A DNA stretch of 64,000 nucleotides, taken from assembly GCA_017499595.2 (NCBI GenBank), contig CM039003.1, positions 2,418,001 to 2,482,000 of the forward strand, in the 5' to 3' direction. The first letter of the stretch is position 1; the number at the start of each line of letters is the position of its first letter. The translations under genes were made by a program, and so were the position numbers. The notes beneath the pieces are model-generated. The model had not been told where the DNA came from. It saw only the letters and a list, made by a program, of their open reading frames with translations, and made no database searches. Source of the DNA: Psilocybe cubensis (Eukaryota). Of the stretch, positions 37,304 through 49,179 are shown one piece after another.

Positions 37304-40300
37304 GGCAAAGAGCGGAAAAGGAACAAGCTGAAGTAGAGGTTGTCGTTGCCCTTAAGTGCATCCGGGCTCATTAAGTAACAAGTGCTGAGATCCATTGGTT
37401 CAGATCTCGGCGCGTACAGGATCTCCCGATTGGATGTTTAGTGTGCTGTGCAAACTATAGCAAGGAGCCAAAAGCGTAGACTGCAACTTTGGTCCAGACA
37501 ACGTGTCACAGTTCATAGATAATAAACACTGTCAATCACGTATACCCACCAAGAAAGGGTATAACGCTTGTCCCTGAGGATCTGATCCAACATGTGGGAG
37601 GGTTGCGTTATATTTTGGTGTTCAAGCTTTTTTTACCGGAATCTGTCTTGAACGCCTGTGCTGTTCAGAGTCACCGACGTTCCGGAACTACCTCCGTGAA
37701 CCTCCAATAAGTCCGTGAGCAATTCAGGGTCGTCCTCACCACTGAAGATGCGTCGGCCCAGCGTGTCTGTTGACCACGGCTCTCCATTGTCTCCCGAAAT
37801 ACTCATTAATCAAACATGTAAGCTATGATACGCCTTTCGGCATCGAGCGTGGAATTGCGATGCCAGCCACTGTGAGGTCTTCTGGATTTCAGTAAGCTCC
37901 TTTCTGAATTCGTTTGCTTTGATCTGTTTCCTTTATTGTCCCAATGTCGTGAAATACGTTTCTTGCGCCGGATGCACTGAATCGTCACCTCCATGCCCCG
38001 ACCAGTTAGACTCGACGCGGTTTGGCTTCAGCATAAGCGCGAGTCTTCGATTCTAGAGTCACTGGCTGTGTTGTCGACAATCAGTGTTTGGAGTCAATCA
38101 ATGTCCATACTGTCATGGGAAGACATACACAAAACAGTGTCTAGATGTCCTCAGAGGTCTCGTCCCTGGATTAAGGCTTTGAGAGTCTCTCACTAACGCC
38201 AGTCAGTGATGCAGTCATAGACGATTCTGGTGACATTTGGGCGGAAACGTCTGGTCTTGTGCGCGAAAAACGGATAGTTAGAAGACAAATCATATTCTAT
38301 ACAACAAGTTTGCTGCTGCTTTGCGTCGTTGGACTGCAATTACACCAGACAATGAGGAATTCAGCCAACGAAAAATATTTGCCCATCGACTTACTTTCTG
38401 AGCCGACGTAGGTGGCGCATCTCCCAAGTATGAATCCCAACAGGGAATCCGGATTTGTGGCGTCACACGTAAAGTAGATATCCAACCATGCGTAGTCTTT
38501 ACTTAGGTCTCAGTGATAAGTAATGTAATGTAACGAAGTCGCATTTGAGATGAAGTTATCATTTTTCAATGAACGTGTAGAATTCGAGCATCTAGAATTG
38601 CGCAATCATCCGCGGGAGGCGGGAAAAAGGACTAAATTCGGTCCTCAAAATTCAGTCCAAACTTTCCATTTATTCGGGTGGATCGGTTAGTACAAAATCT
38701 TGATTCTCATCCGTTTGCAGTAGCTCGGGTCAAGCGCCTCGAAATCATGGACAAACTCGATCCCCGATGCTACATGCCTTATTAGATATTTAGCAAGGTG
38801 ATCGAGTCACCGATGACTTGCTACACCACAAGCGACATACTTTCATCATAGTGGAGTTCGAAAACATATCTTTCTGAACAGTCTTTCCGTGAAAATCACA
38901 CTAATAAACTACTAGCCAGTGCATGAACACTCACGGTCTGTCTAGAATGCCTATCCTTTTGAACTAATGTCCAGCCGCAAGCGCCAAAGGGTGCCACAAT
39001 CAGTCAAGGCCTGGAAGTCGAAGCAGTAGTATTAGGCTGCCAAATACGATATGATCAGAATCTGCGATGGTAAGAACTTAGAAGTCTTGGCTGATTCGAC
39101 TGACAAGGTTAACTTGAACCCCTGATCAGGCGGCCTTGTGACGACCGGTTGACGCCGTGGAAGATATCAAACACAATCCAATCAGTCATCCGCCATCAGA
39201 GCACGTCTATGTGGTGGGAACCGACGGTCCTTTCTGAATAGAGGGCGATGAAAGAAGTGCGAATGGTTGTTCCTACCGATCGTCAGTACTGGAAGAGCTA
39301 CTTAAAGGTACAAATTACCTGTCAGGAAACCATGCGAGACCGTCAAAAAAGGCAACGACTTTTTTTGGTTCAAAATACTCGCGTTTGTTTCGATAGCTAC
39401 AATTGGCCTACAGTGAGGTAAATGCGGGGCTCACGATCGTGTTTTTGCCCCGGACATACATTATCGAGGGGTTTTTACGCCATTTGCCCGAGGAAAGTGA
39501 CGGTACAACAAATTCGTCTAGTTACACAGACCACGAGCCTTTCAGAGTCCATGTCTGGATTGTTGCCGAAAGAACGACGAAACCGTAGGAAAGTCGAGAA
39601 GAACAATGCAAGGCAGTAAGTGCACAAGCAGAATCCACGCCAAGAAATTTTTATTCGTAAGTGGAAGACGCGTTGACGCAGTACAAAACCTGCCTCAGCT
39701 TGATTTATGTTGAAACAGGTCTAATAGCCAATGGAAGTTAGGGTCACGTAGGGATTGGAAACAAGGTAGTGTCGATAGGTTCGTTTCCAAAGTTTCGAAA
39801 GTGGAAGAAACGGAACGACGGGTAGGGGATCGGTCAGCTCGGGAATTTCCTTGAAGCAAAGGACTCCATCCATCTCGAGGACTTTACATTTTCAGGTCAG
39901 TAAGGCTGCGCACTATATCATCTGACTGACACGGCGCGTTTTTCCCTGATGTACGTCCGGAAACTGATAGGCTATCAGTGCGGAAAGCTATATGTAATGG
40001 TCTTTAAAAACACATTAATCAAACATACCGTAGACATTGGTGAGATCGCAGGTGCGCCCACCATCGCGGGTCCCTTTCAAGGTGTAATGTGCTCGATAAC
40101 CCCTTACGACCGGGAGGATACCGGGAAAATATAGGAGACAAGTGGGCCAGAACAAGTAAGCAAGTTATGACACTGAGGAGGCAAAGCCTTTTAGCTAATG
40201 ATGACGAGATTCATGAACGTAAAACATTATCTCTTGGTATTCCAACGATGATAATAGGCCTTCAGCGTCAAATACAATGGCTCCCTACCAACCGTCAAGA

Positions 40301-41025
40301 TGTCGGCCAGATAAATGTGATGTTCGACAGAAAAGCCGCAGGTACAAGACTCGAGTATAGGAATGGAGGTGGCATGCGTATGACAGTGCGCCACTGAGAA
40401 AAAAAATGTAAAATTATACAACGGTGCCACTGAGAGTACGAATACCGTGTATTTTTGCCATAGACGAAGTTAAAAGTCCTAGCGCCGTAATAATTGACCA
40501 AGAAAGAGCAATGTGGTGACGATCGGCAAGCAGACAGAAAGATAAGTCTTCTAGAAAATCCTAGTATGCGACATAGCTTGGATTTAGAACGAAGAAGGTG
40601 TCAAATATGTGGAGATGGTCGATGTGTTTAAACTGACCGTCAACCGTTGAAACGTTCGTTGAATAGTGAACCTGATTGAAATTGTTGAACCCGAAGGCTC
40701 ATGGTCAAGTTTAGGCCCGGCCTAAACGTAGCCTAAGCGGATCCGAGAGGCTACAATCAAATAAAGCCAAATAAAAGTGCGCATGACGTCGTACAGGTTG
40801 AGTTGAAAGTTGCACCTGTTATGACAATCACCATTACTATCACAACGTCCTAGATTCCTCCACTCTATACCTGACTGACTATATCGACAAGTACCCGTGT
40901 AAATTACCCAATCACTTCGCGTTTTACGCCTGTATTATGTGAGCAACTTCAGTTTACATTCATGCCCGAAAATCCCTGGTATTGACTTGCGGTTGTAGAA
41001 TTCGTGTAAAACAGATATTCCACAG

Positions 41026-43217
41026 ATGATGGCGTCAGCATCTGAAAACCCCGACTTGTCTCCCACTTCTCCAGGAGAAGAGGACTCTGACGCCTTGTTG
41101 TCAAACGTTGCGGAGATTGAGCCAGAGCCTGTCCCGGGCCTTAATGGAGTGCCTGTACGTTGTACGTTGGAATACACGCGGTTGCAAATGCAACTGTGCA
41201 GATACTGTTATTGCTTTCGTAATTTTGACTTGATGACCGCGATTTACAGGGTACGATGTATGTGATACTCTCCATTTGTCCAATCATTCCCTCGTGACGA
41301 CGTTGATGACGCCTGGCTATTCGTTCATCAGGCCGACCGCACAGAGCCTTACACACGAATAACGCCATTTCAAGAAAAGCACGACACAAGTGTCGAGTGA
41401 GTTCAAGACTGTGCTTAGCGATGATAGTTTAGTGAACCAGCTACCTGGATTTTGCGTAGATTCTTTTACAAACCTATCACACTCTCGGCGCTTGCGTGCG
41501 GTTTAGTTGTCCTCGCTTATGTGGCCACTACTCAGGATGTCTTGGAAGAAGGAAGGGACAAGAGACGCGTGTATGTTTTGTCCTTCGCCTTTCTATCCCT
41601 GTATTTTCTTACACTGCCATGCTCCCTCAGTGGCGTATATGCTGCTATAGCATCGTTTCTACTATTCGCAATGATCCAATTTCGAGATGGACCATTCATT
41701 CGACCTCATCCTGCCTTCTGGCGTATAATTCTTGCAGTTAATTTGTTGTACGAACTAGGTCTGGTCTTCTTGTTATTTCAAGATCTCAAAACTGCGCGGC
41801 AAATGATGACTTATATCGATTCTAACCTCGGAGTTCCCCTGCCGGAGAAGAGCTACGCTGAGGATTGTACTTTGACTGTTAAGAATCTATGGGTATATAT
41901 GGATCTTTTACTATATTATAGTGTTCTATATAGGCTGATTTGCGTCGTTTTAGAATGCTTTTGACATCTTCTGCATCGCTCATACTCTAGGTTGGTTTGG
42001 AAAAGCCATGATCTTACGGGATTACTGGTTTTGCTGGGTAAGACCCCTTCCTACGTCAACACCTTGAGTAAAAGAAACTAAGCATGAAACAGATTCTTAG
42101 TATCGCTTTTGAATTGGCGGAGTACAGTTTGCAGCACCAGTTGCCAAACTTTGCCGAGGCATGTCATGTCGATCTGAGCGTATTCTACTCATTTACCACG
42201 TAAATCATTTAGTGTTGGTGGGATCATGTAAGTTTACTCTTTGCATGTCCCTCGTTTTCGAGATATATTCAAGGGTTATCCAATAGTGGATATTAGACGT
42301 CATGGTTTGCAATTGGCTCGGCACGTATTTAGGTATGGCGATATAAATCATATGTGATAGTTCATAATATTAACTTCAATTATTCTTTTCTATCAGGAAT
42401 GAAAGTCTGTCAATTCTTTGAAGTTAAGGTATGAATACGCGATGTCCTTTTGCATGAGAGAAGCGTCGGGCATTCAATACTGTTGGATAGCCTTACGAAT
42501 GGCGCGGATTCCGACAAACGCGAGGGATCCGGTCGAAGGCAAAAAGAGTGCTTAGCCAGTTCTCTCCTCACGACTTCACTGCTTTCAAGTGGGGGACGGC
42601 CACGGACTTCTTGCACTTTTCAACGGTCGTTTTACTACTGGCAGTATTTCTAGCCGCTGAACTCAATCCATTCTACTTAAAGGTATGTGCGATTAATCTT
42701 ACCAAGGCCCCTTTTAATTTTTGACCAGAGCTTGTTATGGATGGAACCCGACCATCCTATCATCATATTACGCCTTACCTTTGTGTTTCTTTGCGCCCTT
42801 CCTGCTGTTCGAGAACTTTATCAGTATATTAACGATCCGCGGTAAGCATTCAAAAACTCGCATTTTCTCCGTTATACTTGACGCACCATTTTCCAGACGA
42901 GCGGTGCGTATGGGTCAGCATGTCTGGCTTCTTCTAGCCACCATCGTCACTGAGTTCTTGGTGATTGCGAAATGGGGTAAAGGGCAGTTTCCCGAGCCTC
43001 TACCGTCCAAGGTTAAGTGGGGCTGGGCAATCGGAGCTTCGGTTCTCGTTCTCTATCCCATTTTCCAGGTCAGTTTACAGATCTACTTCTCGATTGTCCT
43101 TCCATTATTTTGTTACCTGTATGATAGCTGATTGACGTTCGCATACAGTTTGGAGTCCCTAGCGCGAGAAGGTATCTCCGTAGGCATCAGAAGAAAGGAA
43201 AGGCAAAGTCGTCATGA
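41026..43217 (+). CDS. Base-exchange phosphatidylserine synthase (PTDSS/PSS family)
   Basis: DGPFIRPHPAFWR, LPEKSYAEDC, HTLGWFGKAMILRD, FELAEYSLQHQLPNFAE|CWWDH|WILDVMVCNWLG, AELNPFYLK. Confidence 0.93.
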
Positions 43218-44616
43218 AATTAGTAGTGGTTCATATTCATACCTTATGTCGATACCATTAATTCACTCTATGGAGTCTAAATATTCAGGACGCACTTCAT
43301 TAGAATCCTCTTTCTTCGCATAGTCGTCTGAAAGGGATCAACGGCGCTTCTTTATTCGACTCTTTTGAGGCGATCGATCGGGTGGGAACAATGAGGAAGC
43401 CTTTTGAGCGTCGTCTATTTCACTTAGTGTGTGTGAGTCCAGCGTCCATCCTTTGTTGTCGGAGAAGTACTGCGCCGGAGAAACGACACAGATATAACTC
43501 GTACTGATATTAATGAGCTTCATGCCTGATTACTTTTCATCTTACGAGTGGCGGGGATTGTTTCAACAGTACAGGAGCTATGGAAGCGATGTCCGTCAAA
43601 ATAGAACGTTTTGCTGACTTGTATGTTGATTTCTCGACCGTTACACCGCTTCATCTTACCTTGTTGGAGTTGTAAACGGTTTGAACTGGTTTGGAAATAC
43701 TTCCATCCTAAGAATATGATGGTGGCCCTCAAGTGTATCATTATCATGATGGTCATGGGTACATAATGCGAAATTTTTGGATATTCTCCCTCAATGTAAC
43801 AGTACAGGAATACCATTGGTACACAGCTACCCGCTGATATCTCGACCTTTATAGATCGTCAAGAAATAAGAACGAGTATATTGGTGGGCAGTCGAGTGAG
43901 TTCACATACCTAAAAAAGTTTTCAACTTTAACGGAGGTATGCCTTTATCGGCATTCAATTAAATTAGCGGTGTGAGAGTTTTGAATCTTCAGACAACCAC
44001 GAGTAGAACATATGAGTCTTAAAATAGCATGCCGTTGTCCCTTTCAACGCACATACTTACAGGTTTCGTCTGCATCTTTAAAAAATTTAGGCTGGATAAA
44101 GGTCTCTTCTGCCGAGTCACCAATGTGAATAGCCCATTCCACATAAAAATATTCTCTAGCAAACTATATTAGGCAGAAGATAAATCAGTATATTTCCTCA
44201 GAAGGAGCTTATGACTTGCCATACTTTGAATATGATCTTTTATATATGTGTTTTTTCCAGAATAGGGCAGTTACTACTAAATTCCTGGTGCGGGGCGCAT
44301 TCAGTTGTACTAGATCTCTCATCCTCGGAGCTCAAGGGATTCAGGGACAGCTTATTCGGGAGATGACAGATTTGTCTTTGGTACTTAGTATTCTTGGGCA
44401 TTACGAATAACGTCCCTTTTGTCGGCTCGGCTGCTCCAGAATCCACGGTCCGTTTTAGGTATCTCACGGCCCGGCCTAATTTGATTAAACACGTGATCCT
44501 CCGTATTCGTAAGCAATGCAATGCTATCCAACAAGCTCAGCCATTCCTGTCATCGACCACCACTTTGTCATCGACTCTTCCTTGTATTCATCGTTTTAGT
44601 ACATCTATTCTGCACA

Positions 44617-45696
44617 ATGCCGCGCGCTGAAGGTGAGAATTCTCTACAAACCTCTTTAGAAAGGCAAAAGCCGCTCATCTTTATCTCGGTAACTAACCTC
44701 ATGGTAGTGGGAACCCCAAAGTATGTTGCGAACAAGATGAAGTCAAAGGGTTTGCAACGCCTTCGATGGTATTGCCAAGTCTGCGAGAAGCAGTGCAGAG
44801 ACGAGAACGGCTTCAAATGTCACGCAGCGTCAGAGTCGCATCTGCGACAGATGCTGGTCGTTGGTGAACACGCAGGTAGCCACATCGCTGGATTTTCCCA
44901 ACAATTTCAATCTGAGTTCGTTGCATTGCTCTCCAGAAGGTACTTTTCTCAGCTTCTTTCTTATATCTCTTATCAGTCATGTCTGTTCATACATAGATTT
45001 GGCACAAAACGTGTTCGAGCCAATCAGGTGTACCAGGAATACATCTCGGACAAGAACCATCTCCACATGAACTCCACACGATGGGTAACCTTAACCGAAT
45101 TCGTGAAGCATCTCGGTAGAACGGGTGTCGCTAGAGTGGACGAAACTGAGAAAGGTTGGTTCATCGCGTGGATCGACAATAGTCCTCAGGCCCTTGCCAA
45201 AGCGGTGCGTTGGCATACTTCTGTTTCGGAATGTAGCTGACGGGTTCTATCATGAATTTAGGAGGCTTCCCAGAAGAAAGATCGTGCAACCATATCCGAT
45301 GAGCAGAGAGAGCGACTCCTCATCGCCGAACAAATAGAACGAGCTGCAGCAGAAAGTACCTCCGAACCAACGCCTTCCACTTCAGCTGTTGAGGAAGGTC
45401 TACAACGGGACGATAAGTCTGAAAAGGTCGTCTTAACATTATCAGCCAAATCGGCCGCATCAAGTGCACCGATTGGCATCAAGATGAACGCCCTGAAGCC
45501 TGCAGTCAATCCACTAAAAGCAAATCCGTTAAAACGGCCAAACGTATTCAAGGCTGCAGCGGCTGCTTCTTCCGATGGCGGAGACAAGGCGGTTAACGAA
45601 AAGAAGAGATCGGCTCCGATGACTGCAGCTGAGAGACTTATAATTGAGGAACAGGAGCGGAAGAGGAGAAGGATGGACCGGGACAACATGGCCTGA
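44617..45696 (+). CDS. KIN17: KIN17/Rts2 zinc-finger nucleic-acid-binding protein
   Basis: KSKGLQRLRWYCQVCEKQCRDENGFKCH..SESHLRQM; YQEYI..HLHMNSTRW. Confidence 0.95.
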
Positions 45697-46899
45697 GGTT
45701 CTCGAGTTTTTTGGACGTGTTTCCCTTGTATGTTCTTTTAATATTTGTAACTCGATCGACATCAATAACTCTGTATCTATCTCGATGTCGCTGCCGGTGT
45801 TTTGGGAAGATCACCCGCTTTCTCCCCTCTAATGCCCACCGACCAGATATATAATAGTTTCCCGGTCGCTTCCCCTCATTCTTCTCCATTCAATCCCTCC
45901 AACATATCTTGGACCACTCCCTGCGCCCTACCGGACGTCTACAAAACTACGTGTATCGTGATTTGAAAACGGTGCTTCAGATCGATAGCATCTTGACTTG
46001 TTTATGATTTAACTGTCTCTTCGTATTCCAACACATGAAACCTGAGACCAGCGGGTGGAATATCCATCAAACAATCTCAGCACCGTGGTTAAATGGTCTA
46101 TTTTATGCCGCCGGAACGCCGAAATAACTACCTATATTTCAATGATTCATATCTAGAGTTTCGCCCTCTCATATTCCTCCCAGAAACACTGGCAAGCTCT
46201 TCTGCTCGCAAACAATACGGTCCATAACGAGCGCTAATATCGCTGTTCTCCCTACTTCATGGTTATCGTACACGTTGGACGGCCGCAGCTTCTATCAGCT
46301 TCATCATTGCGATTACGAACGAATTTATTTTATGACCAGGTCTGGCCTCTCAAGCTTATGCGAACATCCAGGATTTCAGCAGCCGATGACATGTCCTTTC
46401 CCGCCATAGGCTTCATTCAATTCTTGGATGCAAGCAGGAATCTCTTAGAAAGCTCATCTGCTATCTGCTATTCCCTCTACGACCGCGAGGGGATCATCCA
46501 GCGTTTTTTCCTCTGGTTTGATGTATAATCAACCGACAACGATTCCGGTTGATCTCTCCGCCCCAGTTCCATAACTGTCAGTGACCAGTATAAGCATGCA
46601 CAAACCAAATTACACCGAGAAAAACACAGGAGGACCATCTTTATCGATTTTATCGCCACTCATATTTCACGTAGAGGTCGCGGCCATTCGCGATCATCTC
46701 TCCCCGTTGTCTAGCCCAGTTTCTGATTATGTGTCGATCTTGTGTTATAATGGGCCGTGTCGCATTCTATATTACGGGAAATTCTCCGGCTTTTTTCTTT
46801 CTACCTCATTTTTCAATTTCATAACCAGTTTTCTATGAAAACAATCTCTAAAGCTCTGCCCGATGAACTAATCCGGATTCAAGAACTTCGTACCCTGGA

Positions 46900-48300
46900 A
46901 TCCTAGATATACGCATGATTACTGGAAGAATCAGAATCTACTCTGTCCTCGCGATTTAATGGAGCTTTTAGTTCATTGAGCTTCCACCATGAATACGTAT
47001 TGATGGTGGCTTTGTAGCCTGCATCGCAGTTCTCTGAGTTCTCAAGCACATTCTCTGTCGGATCCCAGTTTAACGAAAATTTTGCCAACTAAAAATAGGC
47101 GCTTTCAGGATATACATCGATGCGAAAGAAACGCTTTGAATGACTTGTTGCAGCATTTTACACTTCAAAGGGCTCCACAAAGACCATTGTAATGTTTATC
47201 ACTGGAGAGACCGAGTTGAAAAATAAGCATTGCATCTTTGGCCAAGTCTTCATGACAATCCTTTCGTTCCTGAAGGGGCTATTCATTTCAGGAACTTCAC
47301 GAAAAGATGTTCTTCTTCGAAGCGAAGGAAGCATTTCATTGCATTGATGTTTAATGGAACAAGCAGTGAGAATATCCAAGCGAATCATGTATGTATTACG
47401 ATTATCCGGACCCAAGTTCTGTGATTCATTGATACTGATCATACGCGTGCGAAGCTGCAGCTAAGCGTGCAATAAGTAGCCGTTCCGAGTGCTTTCGCTC
47501 CCTTTTAGGGCCAGACATTCGGCGTCCATTTGGCAGCTTGTTCAAGTACGTAGGATTTCTGATAGGAGAAATTATGAATTCCATAACAGTTACGCCTCAT
47601 AAATTGTGGGACAGATTTATGACTTCCCCAATGCAATGCCTGAGTGCTCTTCGGACCTCATGTGATGATGATGTGGGAAGTCTTGACCTACATAACCTCA
47701 CGTTGTGTTTCTTGAACCATATGCACTGTTTCTTGAAGTTGCTCTGGTGAGTCGCATTGTTCTATGGCGCCTCAAATCCTTTTGGCCAACTGGTAGCGCG
47801 TTTATTTGCTAATTGCTAGATGAGCTCTTCCATTTTCTGTATCAGCGTGCAAACAAAGATTTGGGGTCAGTATGACTGGAATAGCAGGGAAGTTTTTGCT
47901 TGCGGTCGTTTCCGAGGTTTCAGCACTTTCGATATGGATTATTAGCATGATATTGGTGACCTCTGTGAGCTCATGAGGGAGTGACACCGGACCCAAATCG
48001 GATCCCAGTTGCAACTGGAATGGCTTCAACTGATTTGGTTATCATGACGAATAGGCCATGACAGTATTCATCGAAAAGTCCGAAGAAGGGGTGAATGACA
48101 TTCACAAATACGGGTTTTAGGGATACCAACTCCGAGGGATGCATATACTCGTAAAGTAACACTTCGCGGTTGATACGTATCATGGGTTCTAGAGGTTATT
48201 ATCTTTGAAACAAATGGGCTATTTCGAAGTGGCGAAGATAACGGATGCCAGGGAAATGTAATGTGGAGGACAGTCATATACGAGATGCAACTTGGTCGAC
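46900..48300 (-). pseudogene. Possible decayed F-box/LRR-type gene relic
   Basis: Broken minus-strand ORF pieces, one with VMKTWPKMQCLFF reminiscent of agaric LRR repeats (xWPxLxxLxL); many stops. Confidence 0.25.
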
Positions 48301-49179
48301 GATTCGAAAGTCGAAAACTCCTGATGTTGGATCATTTAAATCGATGACTTCATAGTTATTGTATCTTATCAAGTCAGTGAGATGTCAGGTTCTATTAGTT
48401 TGATAGATCCCAATTACAATATCCATGAACCGTCAACTACTTGATTCATAAATACGAATTGTTTTAGATTGATTTTTCTGATCCTTCAGACCCGGATGAG
48501 CTCCAGTAACGAAGTGTAGACATTTCTCTCTTTTTTTACAGTGAATGTACTCAGCTTGGTTGATGCTGGTTATGGCAACATGGGCAAGTCTAAGAAACAT
48601 CATACACATGGCAGGCGAGAAGTCAGTCATTCAGCCTTGTCGGAAACGCGACAGGGACTCTCGAGAGGTTGAGAGAATGATATCGGAAGACATCGCTGGA
48701 ATCCTCCTTACTTGTCGTAAGCCATTACCTCTCCTCTGATTTTTACCCGCTATCGAACGCCGTGAACATCACCATCACTGGCCCTTCCAAGCCAACGGTC
48801 TATGATCTCCATTGAATCATTTTTGGTGGCTTGCGGGAGTTGTGAAGCGAAATGATCTCAAGAAAAGCGATTGAGTAGAGTCACAGTAGAAAGTGGGGTC
48901 GTTTCCGCTCATAAAAAGGTGGAGAGAGGTTGGTAGACAAATCGATAAGGGTGAATGTCCTAGTTGCGTCCAAGGTAGCAAGGCGATATATTTTTAGGCC
49001 ACGCGTCGAGGCAAGGGAATCAACCTCCGCATCCATCCAAATGGGGATAATAATCAGGCCGGCCTAAAGGCTCGTAAGGCAAGTTTATTCAAGGTTTGCA
49101 CCTATTCATTATAGTAATTAAACGCTGGCAGCCATGCAAGCCCTTCTCATCATCAACCACCACTATCGATTTCTCGATA

